Of a DNA stretch of 64,000 nt, positions 25,901 through 35,196 are shown piece by piece (the stretch's first letter is position 1; the number at the start of each line of letters is the position of its first letter). The stretch comes from a virus: positions 522 through 64,521 of IMG/VR virus record IMGVR_UViG_3300038829_000269. One strand, 5' to 3'. Made by a program: the position numbers and the translations under genes. The notes beneath the pieces were generated by a model. It made no database searches. It worked only from the letters and a program-made list of their open reading frames with translations, and was not told the origin of the DNA.

Positions 25901-26784
25901 GTGTCGCGCGGCACGGTCGAGACCGCCCTCAGCTTGTAGCTGTAGGTGGCCGGGACCAGGGTCAGGAAGTCGAAGGCCTCGACGTAGGACGTGGGCATCG
26001 GGGCCGCCGTCTTGGTCAGGACCGTGAGCAGCGAGAATCCGAAGCCGTCCACGTCCTTCCAGATTTCGATCCTCTGGCCGGTGGCGTAGACGTTGGGATC
26101 GACCCACGAGATGGTGACCTCGTTGTTGAGCCTGGTGGGCGCCGCCTGGGTCTGGGCCGTGAACCCGCTGGCCACAGCCGCGTTGTCCGTGTTCGAGAAC
26201 GCGGTGGTCATGAACTTGTTCTTGATCTGGACCTTGTAGGCGTAGTCGTGGCCGAGCGGGGTCGCGACCGAAGTCCAGTTCGTTCCTGCGGGCAGGATGA
26301 TGATCGTGCCCGTGGGCAGCACCTGGCTGTGGCCGTCCGGGCGCAGGACCTCGGTGTCGAACAGGACGGAGGCGGGCGTCGCGCCCACTACGGGGTTGAA
26401 TCCAGGGGTCACCGGCATCGTGACATAGGTCGCGATCGACGGGCTGAGGGTCACCTGGCTGCCGTCCGGGAGCGTGACCGTCGCGCTCAGGACGAACATC
26501 ACCTGGTCCTCCAGCGTCGCGAGGATCACGCCCGCCTCGCGCTCGTAGATCGTGGTGAACGGAGAGCCGTCGAAGGAGCGCTGAACGATGTAGGTATACT
26601 TGAACAGGTCGGCGCCCGCGTTCGGGTCCGTGATCGCGATGCTCAAGTTCGTGCCGCCGTTCGTCACGCCGGTGATGGTCGCGGCGGTCAGCACCTGGAA
26701 GGTGTCGACCTCATTAGGGTTTCCGGTCTGGTCGGTGTGCAGCGACCAAAGATTTCCGAGGCGGCGAGGTCTGATGTCGCTCAT
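22948..26784 (-). CDS. large tandem fibronectin-III virion protein with C-terminal beta domain
   Basis: Likely start MSDIRPRR at 26784; about 8 repeats of L.W.D....G..VERS.NG.......Y.D......Y.Y.V.AFN....GP.S. Confidence 0.8.
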   Translation of the reverse strand: MSDIRPRRLGNLWSLHTDQTGNPNEVDTFQVLTAATITGVTNGGTNLSIAITDPNAGADLFKYTYIVQRSFDGSPFTTIYEREAGVILATLEDQVMFVLSATVTLPDGSQVTLSPSIATYVTMPVTPGFNPVVGATPASVLFDTEVLRPDGHSQVLPTGTIIILPAGTNWTSVATPLGHDYAYKVQIKNKFMTTAFSNTDNAAVASGFTAQTQAAPTRLNNEVTISWVDPNVYATGQRIEIWKDVDGFGFSLLTVLTKTAAPMPTSYVEAFDFLTLVPATYSYKLRAVSTVPRDTGPFSNTQSIVVNFTLLQLTALTATPALGDTQINLAWTDPNPPLNEAGVYVERAVTSTGQFQRIATLAAGTTSYNDVFPTVPGQTYAYRVTAFNALHPGPWSATALATTSLLTPAITALTQLSDVGVRVFWTDANAHATAYEVQRSINGGAFSIVGTPGGGDRQFDDLVALSIGDTVAYKIRASNAFVTGAFSTIVSLIIDRTLVASINVTPSFIRFGVVNVTWTGLNSGNRGVNLFRSINGAAPIQIATLPKDARNYVDQFQTIPGQVYAYQVQDFNNQETGPLSAYGVTSSPLDGPVSLQIAAVIPPNQVTLQWTTFTLPQSTNEDYISIERSFAGGGFSEIARVAFGQSPTFVASTAGGVPGAIVSFRVRKVKQAYTIFGTVPVPTNLGDYSETVSTVAALSVPTAVTVTRAVAGVNHIAWTDTNTLATGFKVFRQITMPGGVASPLLQIATINDAAARFHDDTVESTAGEIFTYAILAFNAQTSSIFSGYGTLTARFKAPRIELEQPTRNIVTLTWATTIGSGAAGDKVQLLRSLNGAPATVIFQQNFPFFSGFLYSDTPVAVGDEIVYSARYTSAIELGPTSQPQSITVGDIVNTPLGNIKQVRIHGARNKFVQRDVFAVGLGGIAKISFDLAGDPVVTSNTNPPVTNAYSGIAGDQTRLVVFTGATPGTGDAVLVDATNLSVVTSVPDTSNDLYTYGGGAFTFGQAQIDYYADIESAPYLDGATGDYAGWGLVNFTPILNMNGNFPLRLVPWSSTLTGINLSSAYNSGTTGGQTTVATPFSISTILPRRLENLNGDCAFCVQTGVNATTVFRAQRLQNSYYKLIDIPGRVVDIVSDGVAKLFALTLRGEIYLIDMQFNPTNPSFNIIGRVPGTPINTNGDLVDLTTDFMSMELMANRKIAVAVGSHTSVQKLSGGFQSQSRIYIFSAPGIFTTTGTLTLSKTISSIEKIRGLAFDGMKYVYALSNDNQFRLIRFDAGF

Positions 26785-27398
26785 GGTCCCACGATCTCCT
26801 GCTGAAAGGTAAGGGCGAGGAACTGGTGCGCGGGGCGCACGAACTCCAATGCCTGAGGAACGAAGTGCAAGAACTCGATGTCCGCCGGGTCCCCGACGCT
26901 CACGACCTGGACCTGGGACCCGTATTGGTCGAAACCCAACTGGCGTAGAAGCTGTCCGGGCATCCACACGGTGTTCACCCCGTTCCACACGTTGCCGGGC
27001 GCCGTGCTGTTAAGGGTGAAGAACGTGGCCGGGTCCGGGCCCACAAAGTTGCCCGAGTCGTTGAAGTAGTCGCGGATCACGATCTGGGCCGTGGGCGCGA
27101 ACGCGAGAACCGTGTCCTTGATCGACTGGCGCGTGGGCGCCCCGATCCTGGCCTTGATCAGGCCGAGGAGGATGTTCCGATACTGGTCGACGGTGAAGCT
27201 CGGGTCGAAGGACACCTCCAGGAGCGTGCCCCAGTTTGCCTGGAGAGTATCGCCGCGCGCCGTCGCGATGTTCCGGTCCTGGCGCACGCGGTCGATCTCG
27301 CTCTGGGCGTCCTCCATCTGGACGGCCAGGAGGTAGACCTGGAGCAGCACGTTCGAGGTCGTGAGCGTCTGTGGCGTCAGGTTTCTGGGTGTGGACAT
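26781..27398 (-). CDS. baseplate wedge subunit (P2 gpI-like)
   Basis: IATARGDTL..WG, D.YR..L, G.PT...I, C-terminal L..VRPAH. Confidence 0.72.
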   Translation of the reverse strand: MSTPRNLTPQTLTTSNVLLQVYLLAVQMEDAQSEIDRVRQDRNIATARGDTLQANWGTLLEVSFDPSFTVDQYRNILLGLIKARIGAPTRQSIKDTVLAFAPTAQIVIRDYFNDSGNFVGPDPATFFTLNSTAPGNVWNGVNTVWMPGQLLRQLGFDQYGSQVQVVSVGDPADIEFLHFVPQALEFVRPAHQFLALTFQQEIVGP

Positions 27399-27402
27399 AG
27401 GA

Positions 27403-28230
27403 TTAGGGCAGGAACACTCCGGGTTCTCCGACCATCAGGTTCCACTTGAAGACGACCGGCACATCCGCGTCCTTGAGCAACTGTGGCGAGATCGGGAGGA
27501 AGGCCACGATGTCCGCGCCGAGCTTGACCGCCAACTGGCCCACGGCCCCGGTCCCGGTCCCGGCCGGGAACGTGAAGGTCGTGGTGATCACATTGGACGG
27601 GGTCGGGGTGAAGTCGCCAGCCCAGTCAGCGAACTCGGTCGGCGCGTCGGCACCGACGCTCACCGCCGTTCCGAAGATCGCCGGGTAGGTCTGGAGCAGC
27701 GTGACGAGCCCGGTCGGGTCGACGAAGCACATGGCTTGGCGCGCGCTGACCGTCACGCCCAGGTTCGAGAGCAGAGCGGGGCTCGGGTCGGCCGCGCTGT
27801 TGTTCGAGATCACGGCCAGGGCGAAGTTGTTGGCCTGCGACACGTCGTAGACGACGTAGATGTGGTTAAACCTTCCCGAGAGAAGCACCACGGTCTCGCC
27901 CCAGGTGATGAACTCGGAGAAGAAGTAGTTCGTCCCGTCGTTGCGCGCGCCGGGCGGGATCGAGGTCACGCTCGTGATCGCGGTGTCGACCGCAGCCTTG
28001 ATCTCGACGAACCCGGCGAGCGGCACGGTCATCACGATGGAACTGGCCTTATTCACGATCTGGTTCGTGGCCGGGCCCGGGAGGATGAGCATCGTGTTCC
28101 CGTTTTTGATGTTGGGCACGGCCGTGGCCCACACCGCGTCGTCGGTCGCCGCCCCGAGACTGGCGGTGAACGACTGCGGCTTGAGCAGTCCGGCCACGAC
28201 TTCGTTGAGCTTCCTGAGTGGGGTTGCCAT
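27403..28230 (-). CDS. baseplate/tail-collar-like structural protein
   Basis: Position in baseplate block; C-terminal TFTFPAG.G.G.V...A....L.K.....FKW. Confidence 0.55.
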   Translation of the reverse strand: MATPLRKLNEVVAGLLKPQSFTASLGAATDDAVWATAVPNIKNGNTMLILPGPATNQIVNKASSIVMTVPLAGFVEIKAAVDTAITSVTSIPPGARNDGTNYFFSEFITWGETVVLLSGRFNHIYVVYDVSQANNFALAVISNNSAADPSPALLSNLGVTVSARQAMCFVDPTGLVTLLQTYPAIFGTAVSVGADAPTEFADWAGDFTPTPSNVITTTFTFPAGTGTGAVGQLAVKLGADIVAFLPISPQLLKDADVPVVFKWNLMVGEPGVFLP

Positions 28231-28239
28231 AGATTCCTC

Positions 28240-31200
28240 TTAGAACGCGCTGATCAGTTCCCTGGCGACGTAGCCGCCGTTGTTCGACAGGTAGACGTAG
28301 GTGCCATCCGTCTTCGCCCCATCCTTCTGTCCTTGGTTGAAATGGGATTGAGAGATGGCCGAGACGAAGGCGGGCGCGTTGCTCACCTTCATGATGCTGT
28401 TGAATGTGCCGCCGACCAGCGCCGTCTGTCTGTGGGCCAGGTAGATGGCGCTGCTCCCGCTGTCGTAGACAAGGCTCGTGACTCCGTTGGACCCGAGGTC
28501 GGCCGTGCTCGCGACGAACGTGAGCGGTCCGGTCGAGAACTTCTCGATCCTGCCCTGAGCCCCGTTCGTCCCGTGGAAGTAGACGTTCGATCCGTCGTTG
28601 ACCATGTAGTCGGGGAAGGTTACGGCGCTGGTCGCGGCGCTCTGGTCGATCGCGAGCGTCGCCTGGTTGATCCGGTGCACCTGGTCCGTGGCCGTGTTGA
28701 AGTTGTGGGTCGTGATGAACAGCCCGGCGCCGAACGCGGTGCCTCCGCCCACGTTGAGACCGGCGCCGAGCGACGCTCCAGTCAGGACGTTGGACATCGT
28801 GCTCGGGTCGAACTGGGTGATCTTGACCGAGCCGTTCGGACCGTTGGTCGCCCAGCAGTTGGTTCCGTCCGTGATCAGGTTGTGGTTCCCGTTCCCGCTG
28901 GTCAGAGCCAGTGTCGCGACCTGGGTCAGGTTCGACGGGTCGATCTTGATGATCCTGGAGTTGGCCTCGCCCTGATCCTTGATCAGGATGTGGATATAGC
29001 CGCCGATCATGATCGCGGCGCCAACCGTGGTGAACGTCCCGACCGGGATGTAGACCGACAGGTTCTGAGTCCTGATCGAGGAGTCGGACAGGTCGATCTT
29101 GGTGATCACCACGTTCACGCTGCTCGCGTCGCCCGAGACGTAGTAGGCGAATGAGCCGTCGAGCAGGAGCGGGCCGCCGCTGCTCCCGATGTTCGTGACC
29201 TTGATCTCGTGGTAGACCGGGGCCAGGCTGAACGCGCCGCCCTGGATCGGCGAGTCGGCGGAGTTCCCGCCCGGGCCGCTGGCGAATATCTTGTCGTAGC
29301 GGACCTGGGCGTTTCCGAACGCGGTCGTGTCGTGATAGCTCGTCACGTTGCCGAGCGGGAAGCTCACGGGGTAGCTCACGCTGTTGTCCGTGCTCCTCTT
29401 GACCGTGTAGCCGGTGACGATCCCGCCGCCGACCCCAGGAGTCCAGCCGATGAACGCGCCCTCCCAGCCAGCTTCCCAGAACACGCCGGTCGGGGTCGCG
29501 GGCGGGGCGTCCACCTGGATCACGTTCGAGTATGCGCCGGGGCCGTAGACGAAGCTCGGGAAGCTGAGGCTGGGGCCGTCGCGCTGCTCGGCGCGCACGC
29601 GGTAGAAGTAAGGGTAGACCGTGGCCGTGGTGTCGACCATCGTCACCTGCTGGTCGGCCCTCGTGCTCGGGTTATAGGTGAAGGCTCCGCCCACCGGCGT
29701 CCCGTCCGGCTGCACGTTGTCCGGGATCATGGAGCGGGCCGCGACCTGGGTCCAGTTTGTCAGCCCGTCCGGGGACCTGTAGAGGAAGAGGACGTGCGGC
29801 CGGTTGGTCGTCGAGTTGATCGGGCCGCCGAGCGTGATCTCCCCGTCGTCGAAGTGCACGGTCACGTTCGAGCCCACGACGCTGGTCAGGAGCAGGTTCG
29901 TGCAGTCCCCGAGAGGCGGCGTCAGGTAGGGGACGCTGAACACGGCCTCGGCCGACGCGACCGAGGTCCCGACCTGGTTGAAGGCCTTGACCCGGTAGCG
30001 CAGATCGTCGCCAGAGTGGAACGTGGGCAGCAAGCTGCTCTGGACGAAGCAACCGTTGCCGAAATACTCGCGCTTCACCTCGGAGAACGCGCCGAGGTTG
30101 ACCGCTTGCTCGACGATGAAACCGGTGGCCTCAGCCATCGGGTCCCATCCGATGCCCATCCCCGTGTGCGTGTTGTTGAAGTGGCAGCGCACGTTGGACG
30201 GGGCGGAGGCCGGGGTCACGATCGTGAACGTGTCGGCCCGGTCCGCGAAGATCGCGATCGGGGCGGCTACCGCGCGCGTCGTGATCATGTCGTCGACCAC
30301 CGCCACGTCGTTGAGCGTCGCGTCGATTCGGATCGCGCCGCGCGGTAACCACTCGATGGACGCTGAGCCCGGGGTGAACCTGGCCATGGCCCCGTTCCCC
30401 ACGACGTAGAGGCGGCTGTCCGGCCCCAATTCCATCTTCGGGACCAGGGCGTCCATGCTCGCCGTCGTGTCAAAAGGCAGCGGGATCACGTCGATCGGCG
30501 CCAGCGCGGGCAGGCCGTCGACCACGCCCTCCTGGAGCTTGATCACCTTGCCCGGGTTGCACAGGGCCAGGGAGTAGAAGTAACCGCCGGTCTTGATCAG
30601 CGAGTTCTTCGCGATCATGTCCGCATCGTCCGAGAAATTCTGGGTCGAATACGTCGTCAGGTTGCCCATGTCGGCCATGTCCGACTTCCTGATCTTGCGG
30701 TGGAAGAGCAGCCACCAGAATATGAGGTTGGCGCCCAGGTCCGGTGACCCGGCCGTGATGCTGTTTCCGGGACTATCGCCAGCGAGAAGGCGCGAGGTCG
30801 GGATGTATAGGTATGTCCCGTCGTCGGCCATCGCGTTGTGCTTGATAAAAAGCTCGGAAAGCGCTCCGTTCTTGATGCTGATCTCGCTGCCCGAGATCGT
30901 CATCGTTGCCGGGTCGACCTTGGACAGCTTGGAGTCGCTGCCCGTGTCGCGCACGACCCACAGGAACGTGCCGTCCGCGTGCAGCGCGTTGGGCACCGTG
31001 CCGTAAGCCAGGTCGGTGCGCGCGCTGAGCGCCTTGTCGTAGCGGCTGAGCTTGATCGAGGCGTCGCTCATCGTCTGGCTGATGTAGAGCCAGTTGGAGT
31101 CCACGGCCATGAACCGGGCTTGGCCCGAGGCGGGGGACGCGGTGCCGTAGGCGCGGAACACGCCGATCCCGGTCGTGATGTCGTATTTCACGAGCAGGTT

Positions 31201-31662
31201 CGTGCCCATCCCGGCCGTGCCGCCAATGAACAGGTCGGTGCCGTCCAGGACCAGGTCCGCGACCGGCGCGCCGAGCGCGTAGGCCGAGAACAGGGTCGGA
31301 TGGGTGAGCACATTCTGCTCCGTGAACCCGGGGGCGAACGCATCGTCGATCTGCTGTTGAATCTCCGGGGGGAAGAACTGGACCTGGATAGTGTTCTGGC
31401 CAGGGGTGAGCAGGACGCTCGCGGACCAGGCGCCGAGCGAATCGGCGACGATGTCCGGGACCGGGGACTGGTCGAGCCCGTTGATGAACACCTTGACCGT
31501 GGCGAGCGGCACCACCGTCCCGTTGATGGACACGGGCTCGATGCGCGGGATCATGAACTCAGGGTCCACGTTGAAAATCTGCTTGGGCAAGAGCCCGGCC
31601 ATCGAGTTGAAGAACTCGTTCTGGCGCTCGGGCAGATTGATTTTAAGGTCGATGATCGCCAT
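28240..31662 (-). CDS. virion protein: Ig-like + beta-propeller + Fn3 + beta-propeller (putative receptor binding)
   Basis: AD..GAWS..V.L.PG.N.I Ig domain; repeated xxDGTYLY/DGTFLW propeller blades; YRVKAFN..G.S Fn3 repeats. Confidence 0.75.
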   Translation of the reverse strand: MAIIDLKINLPERQNEFFNSMAGLLPKQIFNVDPEFMIPRIEPVSINGTVVPLATVKVFINGLDQSPVPDIVADSLGAWSASVLLTPGQNTIQVQFFPPEIQQQIDDAFAPGFTEQNVLTHPTLFSAYALGAPVADLVLDGTDLFIGGTAGMGTNLLVKYDITTGIGVFRAYGTASPASGQARFMAVDSNWLYISQTMSDASIKLSRYDKALSARTDLAYGTVPNALHADGTFLWVVRDTGSDSKLSKVDPATMTISGSEISIKNGALSELFIKHNAMADDGTYLYIPTSRLLAGDSPGNSITAGSPDLGANLIFWWLLFHRKIRKSDMADMGNLTTYSTQNFSDDADMIAKNSLIKTGGYFYSLALCNPGKVIKLQEGVVDGLPALAPIDVIPLPFDTTASMDALVPKMELGPDSRLYVVGNGAMARFTPGSASIEWLPRGAIRIDATLNDVAVVDDMITTRAVAAPIAIFADRADTFTIVTPASAPSNVRCHFNNTHTGMGIGWDPMAEATGFIVEQAVNLGAFSEVKREYFGNGCFVQSSLLPTFHSGDDLRYRVKAFNQVGTSVASAEAVFSVPYLTPPLGDCTNLLLTSVVGSNVTVHFDDGEITLGGPINSTTNRPHVLFLYRSPDGLTNWTQVAARSMIPDNVQPDGTPVGGAFTYNPSTRADQQVTMVDTTATVYPYFYRVRAEQRDGPSLSFPSFVYGPGAYSNVIQVDAPPATPTGVFWEAGWEGAFIGWTPGVGGGIVTGYTVKRSTDNSVSYPVSFPLGNVTSYHDTTAFGNAQVRYDKIFASGPGGNSADSPIQGGAFSLAPVYHEIKVTNIGSSGGPLLLDGSFAYYVSGDASSVNVVITKIDLSDSSIRTQNLSVYIPVGTFTTVGAAIMIGGYIHILIKDQGEANSRIIKIDPSNLTQVATLALTSGNGNHNLITDGTNCWATNGPNGSVKITQFDPSTMSNVLTGASLGAGLNVGGGTAFGAGLFITTHNFNTATDQVHRINQATLAIDQSAATSAVTFPDYMVNDGSNVYFHGTNGAQGRIEKFSTGPLTFVASTADLGSNGVTSLVYDSGSSAIYLAHRQTALVGGTFNSIMKVSNAPAFVSAISQSHFNQGQKDGAKTDGTYVYLSNNGGYVARELISAF

Positions 31663-31664
31663 GG

Positions 31665-33281
31665 TTATTTCGCCTGCTTCACCGTGATCGTCCCGGTCAG
31701 CGGGAACTCGTTGCGCGCGAGGAACACGGTCGCGGCCGTGGCCTCCCCGCGCCTGGCCAGGAGGTCGAGCGGGCGCACGTCGTCGACGCCCACCGTCTCC
31801 TTGACCAGGTCGAAGACCTGGGCGTATTTGATCTCGGCGCCCAGAGTCAGGTTGTCGATGTATCCGGCCACCGCGTCGGTGATCGCGGCCTCGACCTGAC
31901 CGAAGTCGGCTTCGGACGTGAGGACCACCGTGCAGCCAACGTCGATCGGCACCTGGGTCGCGGTCCGGGTCAGGAAATCGCGGGACGGGACGGCGTTCGC
32001 GTCGTCCTCAGCGAAGAAGAACTGAATGTCCTCCAGTAGCCCGTTGCTGACGTAGTTGATGATCAGCGTGTCGCCCGGCGACGCGCCGCCGATGACCATC
32101 AGAGCGTCCTGGGCCGAGGTCGACCCCGAGAGGTCACCGGCGTCCGTCACCAGGAGGTAGTTCCCGGCCGTGATCGGGAGGCTCGTCGTGTCGTTGAACA
32201 CGCTGGAGATGGAGAGCACCGGCTGGTGCTCCAGCACAACGTTCGCGCCGGAGAACAGGACGGTGTCGACCTGCGCGCGGTCGATCCCAGCCTCAGCCTG
32301 GATATAGAGGTCAACCTTCCCGCCGATGCCGCCGCCCCGGACCATGAGCGGGTCCCCGGCGCCGACCACGAGCGCGTCGATCACATTGGTGAACGTGAGG
32401 GCGCGGCTCCTGATCCCACGGAAGGTGACGGCGTCGTTCGCCAGGAACGTGGCCCTGATCCGGGCCGCGAAGTCGGTGTCCGACTCCTGGTCCCGGCCGC
32501 CGTTCGTCGGATTCTGGTTGGCGACCACCGAGATGCCGAGGATCGCCGTGCTCAGAATAACGATCGAGCCGGAGCCGACGTTGCCCGACGAGCCGGAGTT
32601 CTCTGCCTCGACCGGGATCGTGACCGAGGACTGTCCGGGGAAGATCGAGCCGTCCTCGATCGTGCGGAAGAAGACCGAGCCCTGGGTCGTGGTCGAGAGC
32701 GTGGCGACCCGGGTGCCAGCCGGGATCAGGATCAGGGCCGTGGCGATCGCGCTGGAGCCGAACGTGACGCTGCCAGAGGCGATCGTCGACCCGCCGCGCA
32801 CCACGTTGAAGTTCGCGCCGAAATCATCGAGTTCCGTGCCCTGGAAGCTGCTCAGGTTGCTGAGCGACTGGATCAGGCTCACGCGCTGGATCGCGCCGTA
32901 GAGGTTTCCGAACTGGTTGGCCGGGAGGTCGATGAACAGGTTGCGGGTCACGGACCCGATCTGGGTCGAGGCCGATGGCTGGAGCGCGCGCATGTTCACG
33001 TCCATCTCGCCGCTCACCTGATCGAAGGTCTTGAACGAGGAGTCGGCCTGGAACGTGTAGGTGACGTAGTAGGACTGTCCGGTGGTCGGCTCCTTTCCGG
33101 GAGGCGACCAGTCGACTTCACCGTTCGTCAGGCGATAGTCGACCACCACGTCGAAGTCGGAAGACGACGACTGGAGGCCGACGCGCACGATGCTCAGGGC
33201 GGAGAACGTCAGAGCGTCAGCCGTGTTCGGCTGGCCCTTCGTGACTCTCTCGGTGATCTGGTTTAAGACTGCCGTGGCCAT
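31665..33281 (-). CDS. baseplate J-like wedge protein
   Basis: GTELDDFGANF...R, A.G.VTF, IPAGTRV.T, G.SGNV, GG.D.ESD..F..RI, YI..L.LG. Confidence 0.9.
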   Translation of the reverse strand: MATAVLNQITERVTKGQPNTADALTFSALSIVRVGLQSSSSDFDVVVDYRLTNGEVDWSPPGKEPTTGQSYYVTYTFQADSSFKTFDQVSGEMDVNMRALQPSASTQIGSVTRNLFIDLPANQFGNLYGAIQRVSLIQSLSNLSSFQGTELDDFGANFNVVRGGSTIASGSVTFGSSAIATALILIPAGTRVATLSTTTQGSVFFRTIEDGSIFPGQSSVTIPVEAENSGSSGNVGSGSIVILSTAILGISVVANQNPTNGGRDQESDTDFAARIRATFLANDAVTFRGIRSRALTFTNVIDALVVGAGDPLMVRGGGIGGKVDLYIQAEAGIDRAQVDTVLFSGANVVLEHQPVLSISSVFNDTTSLPITAGNYLLVTDAGDLSGSTSAQDALMVIGGASPGDTLIINYVSNGLLEDIQFFFAEDDANAVPSRDFLTRTATQVPIDVGCTVVLTSEADFGQVEAAITDAVAGYIDNLTLGAEIKYAQVFDLVKETVGVDDVRPLDLLARRGEATAATVFLARNEFPLTGTITVKQAK

Positions 33282-33294
33282 TTCTCTTCTCCCG

Positions 33295-33711
33295 CTACGT
33301 CAGATTCAGTGAGAATACCGTCCTCAGTCCGTTGACCGTCGTGACCGCGATCTGCACGTTGATCCGCCCCTGCGACGGAGAGGAGACGGCGACCGCGTCG
33401 ATCGAGCCGATGACCTCGTCGTAGGTCAGCGTCTGCTTCGTGCTCTGCATCAGTTCCAAGGACTGCATGTAGTTCAGCGCCTCGGACACGGACTTGGCGA
33501 TCGCCGTCTGCAAGATGCTGAAGTCGAACGGCTGGCCCAAGCTCTGCTGGAGCGTGGAGCCGTAGAGCGGCGATCCGATGTCGAGCCCCGCCTTCGTCAG
33601 CAGGATTTTCCCGATGTCCTGGGCGAGCTTCGCCTGGCCCGTGACCTGGACGGGGTTGCCGTCCGGGCCGAAGCTGATGTCGCCGTTCGTCAGTTTCAAG
33701 TCGTAGCTCAT
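33295..33711 (-). CDS. gp25/GPW-like baseplate wedge (sheath initiator)
   Basis: DL.L.NGDI, KL.QDI.KILLT..G....P.YGS.L. Confidence 0.82.
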   Translation of the reverse strand: MSYDLKLTNGDISFGPDGNPVQVTGQAKLAQDIGKILLTKAGLDIGSPLYGSTLQQSLGQPFDFSILQTAIAKSVSEALNYMQSLELMQSTKQTLTYDEVIGSIDAVAVSSPSQGRINVQIAVTTVNGLRTVFSLNLT

Positions 33712-35195
33712 GCGAGCACCGTGAGATTCCCGTTGTCGATCTTGCCCGTGACGCTTGTCGGCGGCGTCGGGACCGTGGCTGTGGAAGGCGCGTTCGTCGG
33801 CCCCGTGGGGTTTCCAGGCAGGGCCGAGAGGTGCGTGTGCAGGTTGTAGACCGTCTGAATATCGGTCAGAATCGTCTGCAAATCGGTCAAAAACTGCATA
33901 AAAGTGGGGTCGGTCACCGCGTTGATCAGAGTGGCGTCCGTCTTGCGCGCGACGGGCAGCACGCCGCCGTTCAGCACGATCGACGTGCCGGTCAGGCTCA
34001 TCTGGGCGGACGAGATCAAGCTCATGGCTCCGGTCGAGGTCACGCCGTATGTCCCGGTCACCTTCGTGAGGCTGGAGCCCGCGACCGTCACGGTCTCGGA
34101 CCCTCCGATCGCGACGGTGACGCCTCCGCCGACGGTTAGGCTGAGCGCGGTGCCCACCGACATAGTCTTGGCCCCGGCCACCGTCTCGCTGTCCGCTCCG
34201 TTCACGGTCACCGTCCGATTCTGGTTCACGGTTGCGATCAGGGTGCCGGTCGCGTAGGTGTCGGTTTTTCCCACGGTCGTGACCCTGGAGTCGGCCTCCG
34301 CGTTCATGTCCGCGAGCGCGCGCAGGCTCAGCGTCGCGGCCGTGGCGAGCAGCGTATTCGACGCCTGGATCGTGCGGTTTACCGCCGACTCAAATCGGTC
34401 TCCGTCGATGTTCTCGGTCTTGCTCGTCATCGACTGGGCGATCGTCCCGGACGCGGACATGGCGATGTCTTTGCCGCTCAGGCTCACGTTTCCGTTCGCC
34501 GACAGGTCGAAGTCCCCGGCGTCCGTGATCGTCACGTTCCCGGTCACGCCGTCGATCACGATCTTAAACTGAGAGCCGACTCCGTCCTCGGAGTTCGCCA
34601 GGTTGTCGCCCTGGATGAAAATCTTGCCGTCCGAGCGCATGTGGAACGTCGACCCCAACTGGAGCTTGTTCAGCGTCTTGATCTGGCTGTTGTCGTCAAG
34701 GACATAGGCCGGGATGTTGCAGTTCGGGCAGCGTTCGATCAGCGTCGTGTTGTCGAGGTTGCTCTCCCACGCGGTGAGCGACGAGGTCACGCCGCACACG
34801 ACGCACCGGGCGGCGTTCGCCGCCGGGCGCATGAAGATGTCGCCCTCCGCCAGGTCGTCGGGGATGCCGAACACCTGCTTGGAGATCGCGTAGTAGGAGT
34901 CCGGGCTGAAGGCGTTGAACGGGTAGTAGGCGAGAATGATCGGGACCTGCATCGCCCTGATCCCGACGATGACCACGGCGCCCTTGCGCGGGACAGAGTA
35001 AATACCGCCGCCCGGGTAGGCCGAGGGCATGGGGATCGGCACGCGGGTCTTTCCGCTGCTCTCCTCCAGGAACTCGATGTCCACGACCATGTCCACGGTG
35101 TCCACCGCCGTGATCTTGGCCAGGCGCAGAGCCTTCACCGAGTCGAGCGCATCTCGGTTGCCCTGCGAGAAGAAGAGGCCGGTAGGAGTTCCCAT
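33708..35195 (-). CDS. central baseplate spike (gpV/gp5-like) with inserted Zn ribbon
   Basis: N-terminal OB-fold (LAKITAVD...P.KGAVV.VG), CVVC...CPNC insert, V.G..T.TV triple-beta-helix repeats, C-terminal HTH (HxH) tip motif. Confidence 0.85.
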   Translation of the reverse strand: MGTPTGLFFSQGNRDALDSVKALRLAKITAVDTVDMVVDIEFLEESSGKTRVPIPMPSAYPGGGIYSVPRKGAVVIVGIRAMQVPIILAYYPFNAFSPDSYYAISKQVFGIPDDLAEGDIFMRPAANAARCVVCGVTSSLTAWESNLDNTTLIERCPNCNIPAYVLDDNSQIKTLNKLQLGSTFHMRSDGKIFIQGDNLANSEDGVGSQFKIVIDGVTGNVTITDAGDFDLSANGNVSLSGKDIAMSASGTIAQSMTSKTENIDGDRFESAVNRTIQASNTLLATAATLSLRALADMNAEADSRVTTVGKTDTYATGTLIATVNQNRTVTVNGADSETVAGAKTMSVGTALSLTVGGGVTVAIGGSETVTVAGSSLTKVTGTYGVTSTGAMSLISSAQMSLTGTSIVLNGGVLPVARKTDATLINAVTDPTFMQFLTDLQTILTDIQTVYNLHTHLSALPGNPTGPTNAPSTATVPTPPTSVTGKIDNGNLTVLA

Positions 35196-35196
35196 A

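Noticed and set aside
20089-31662. Diversity-generating retroelement acting on the fibre genes
   Set aside because: No reverse transcriptase and no TR/VR pair with adenine-specific mismatches was seen in the window.
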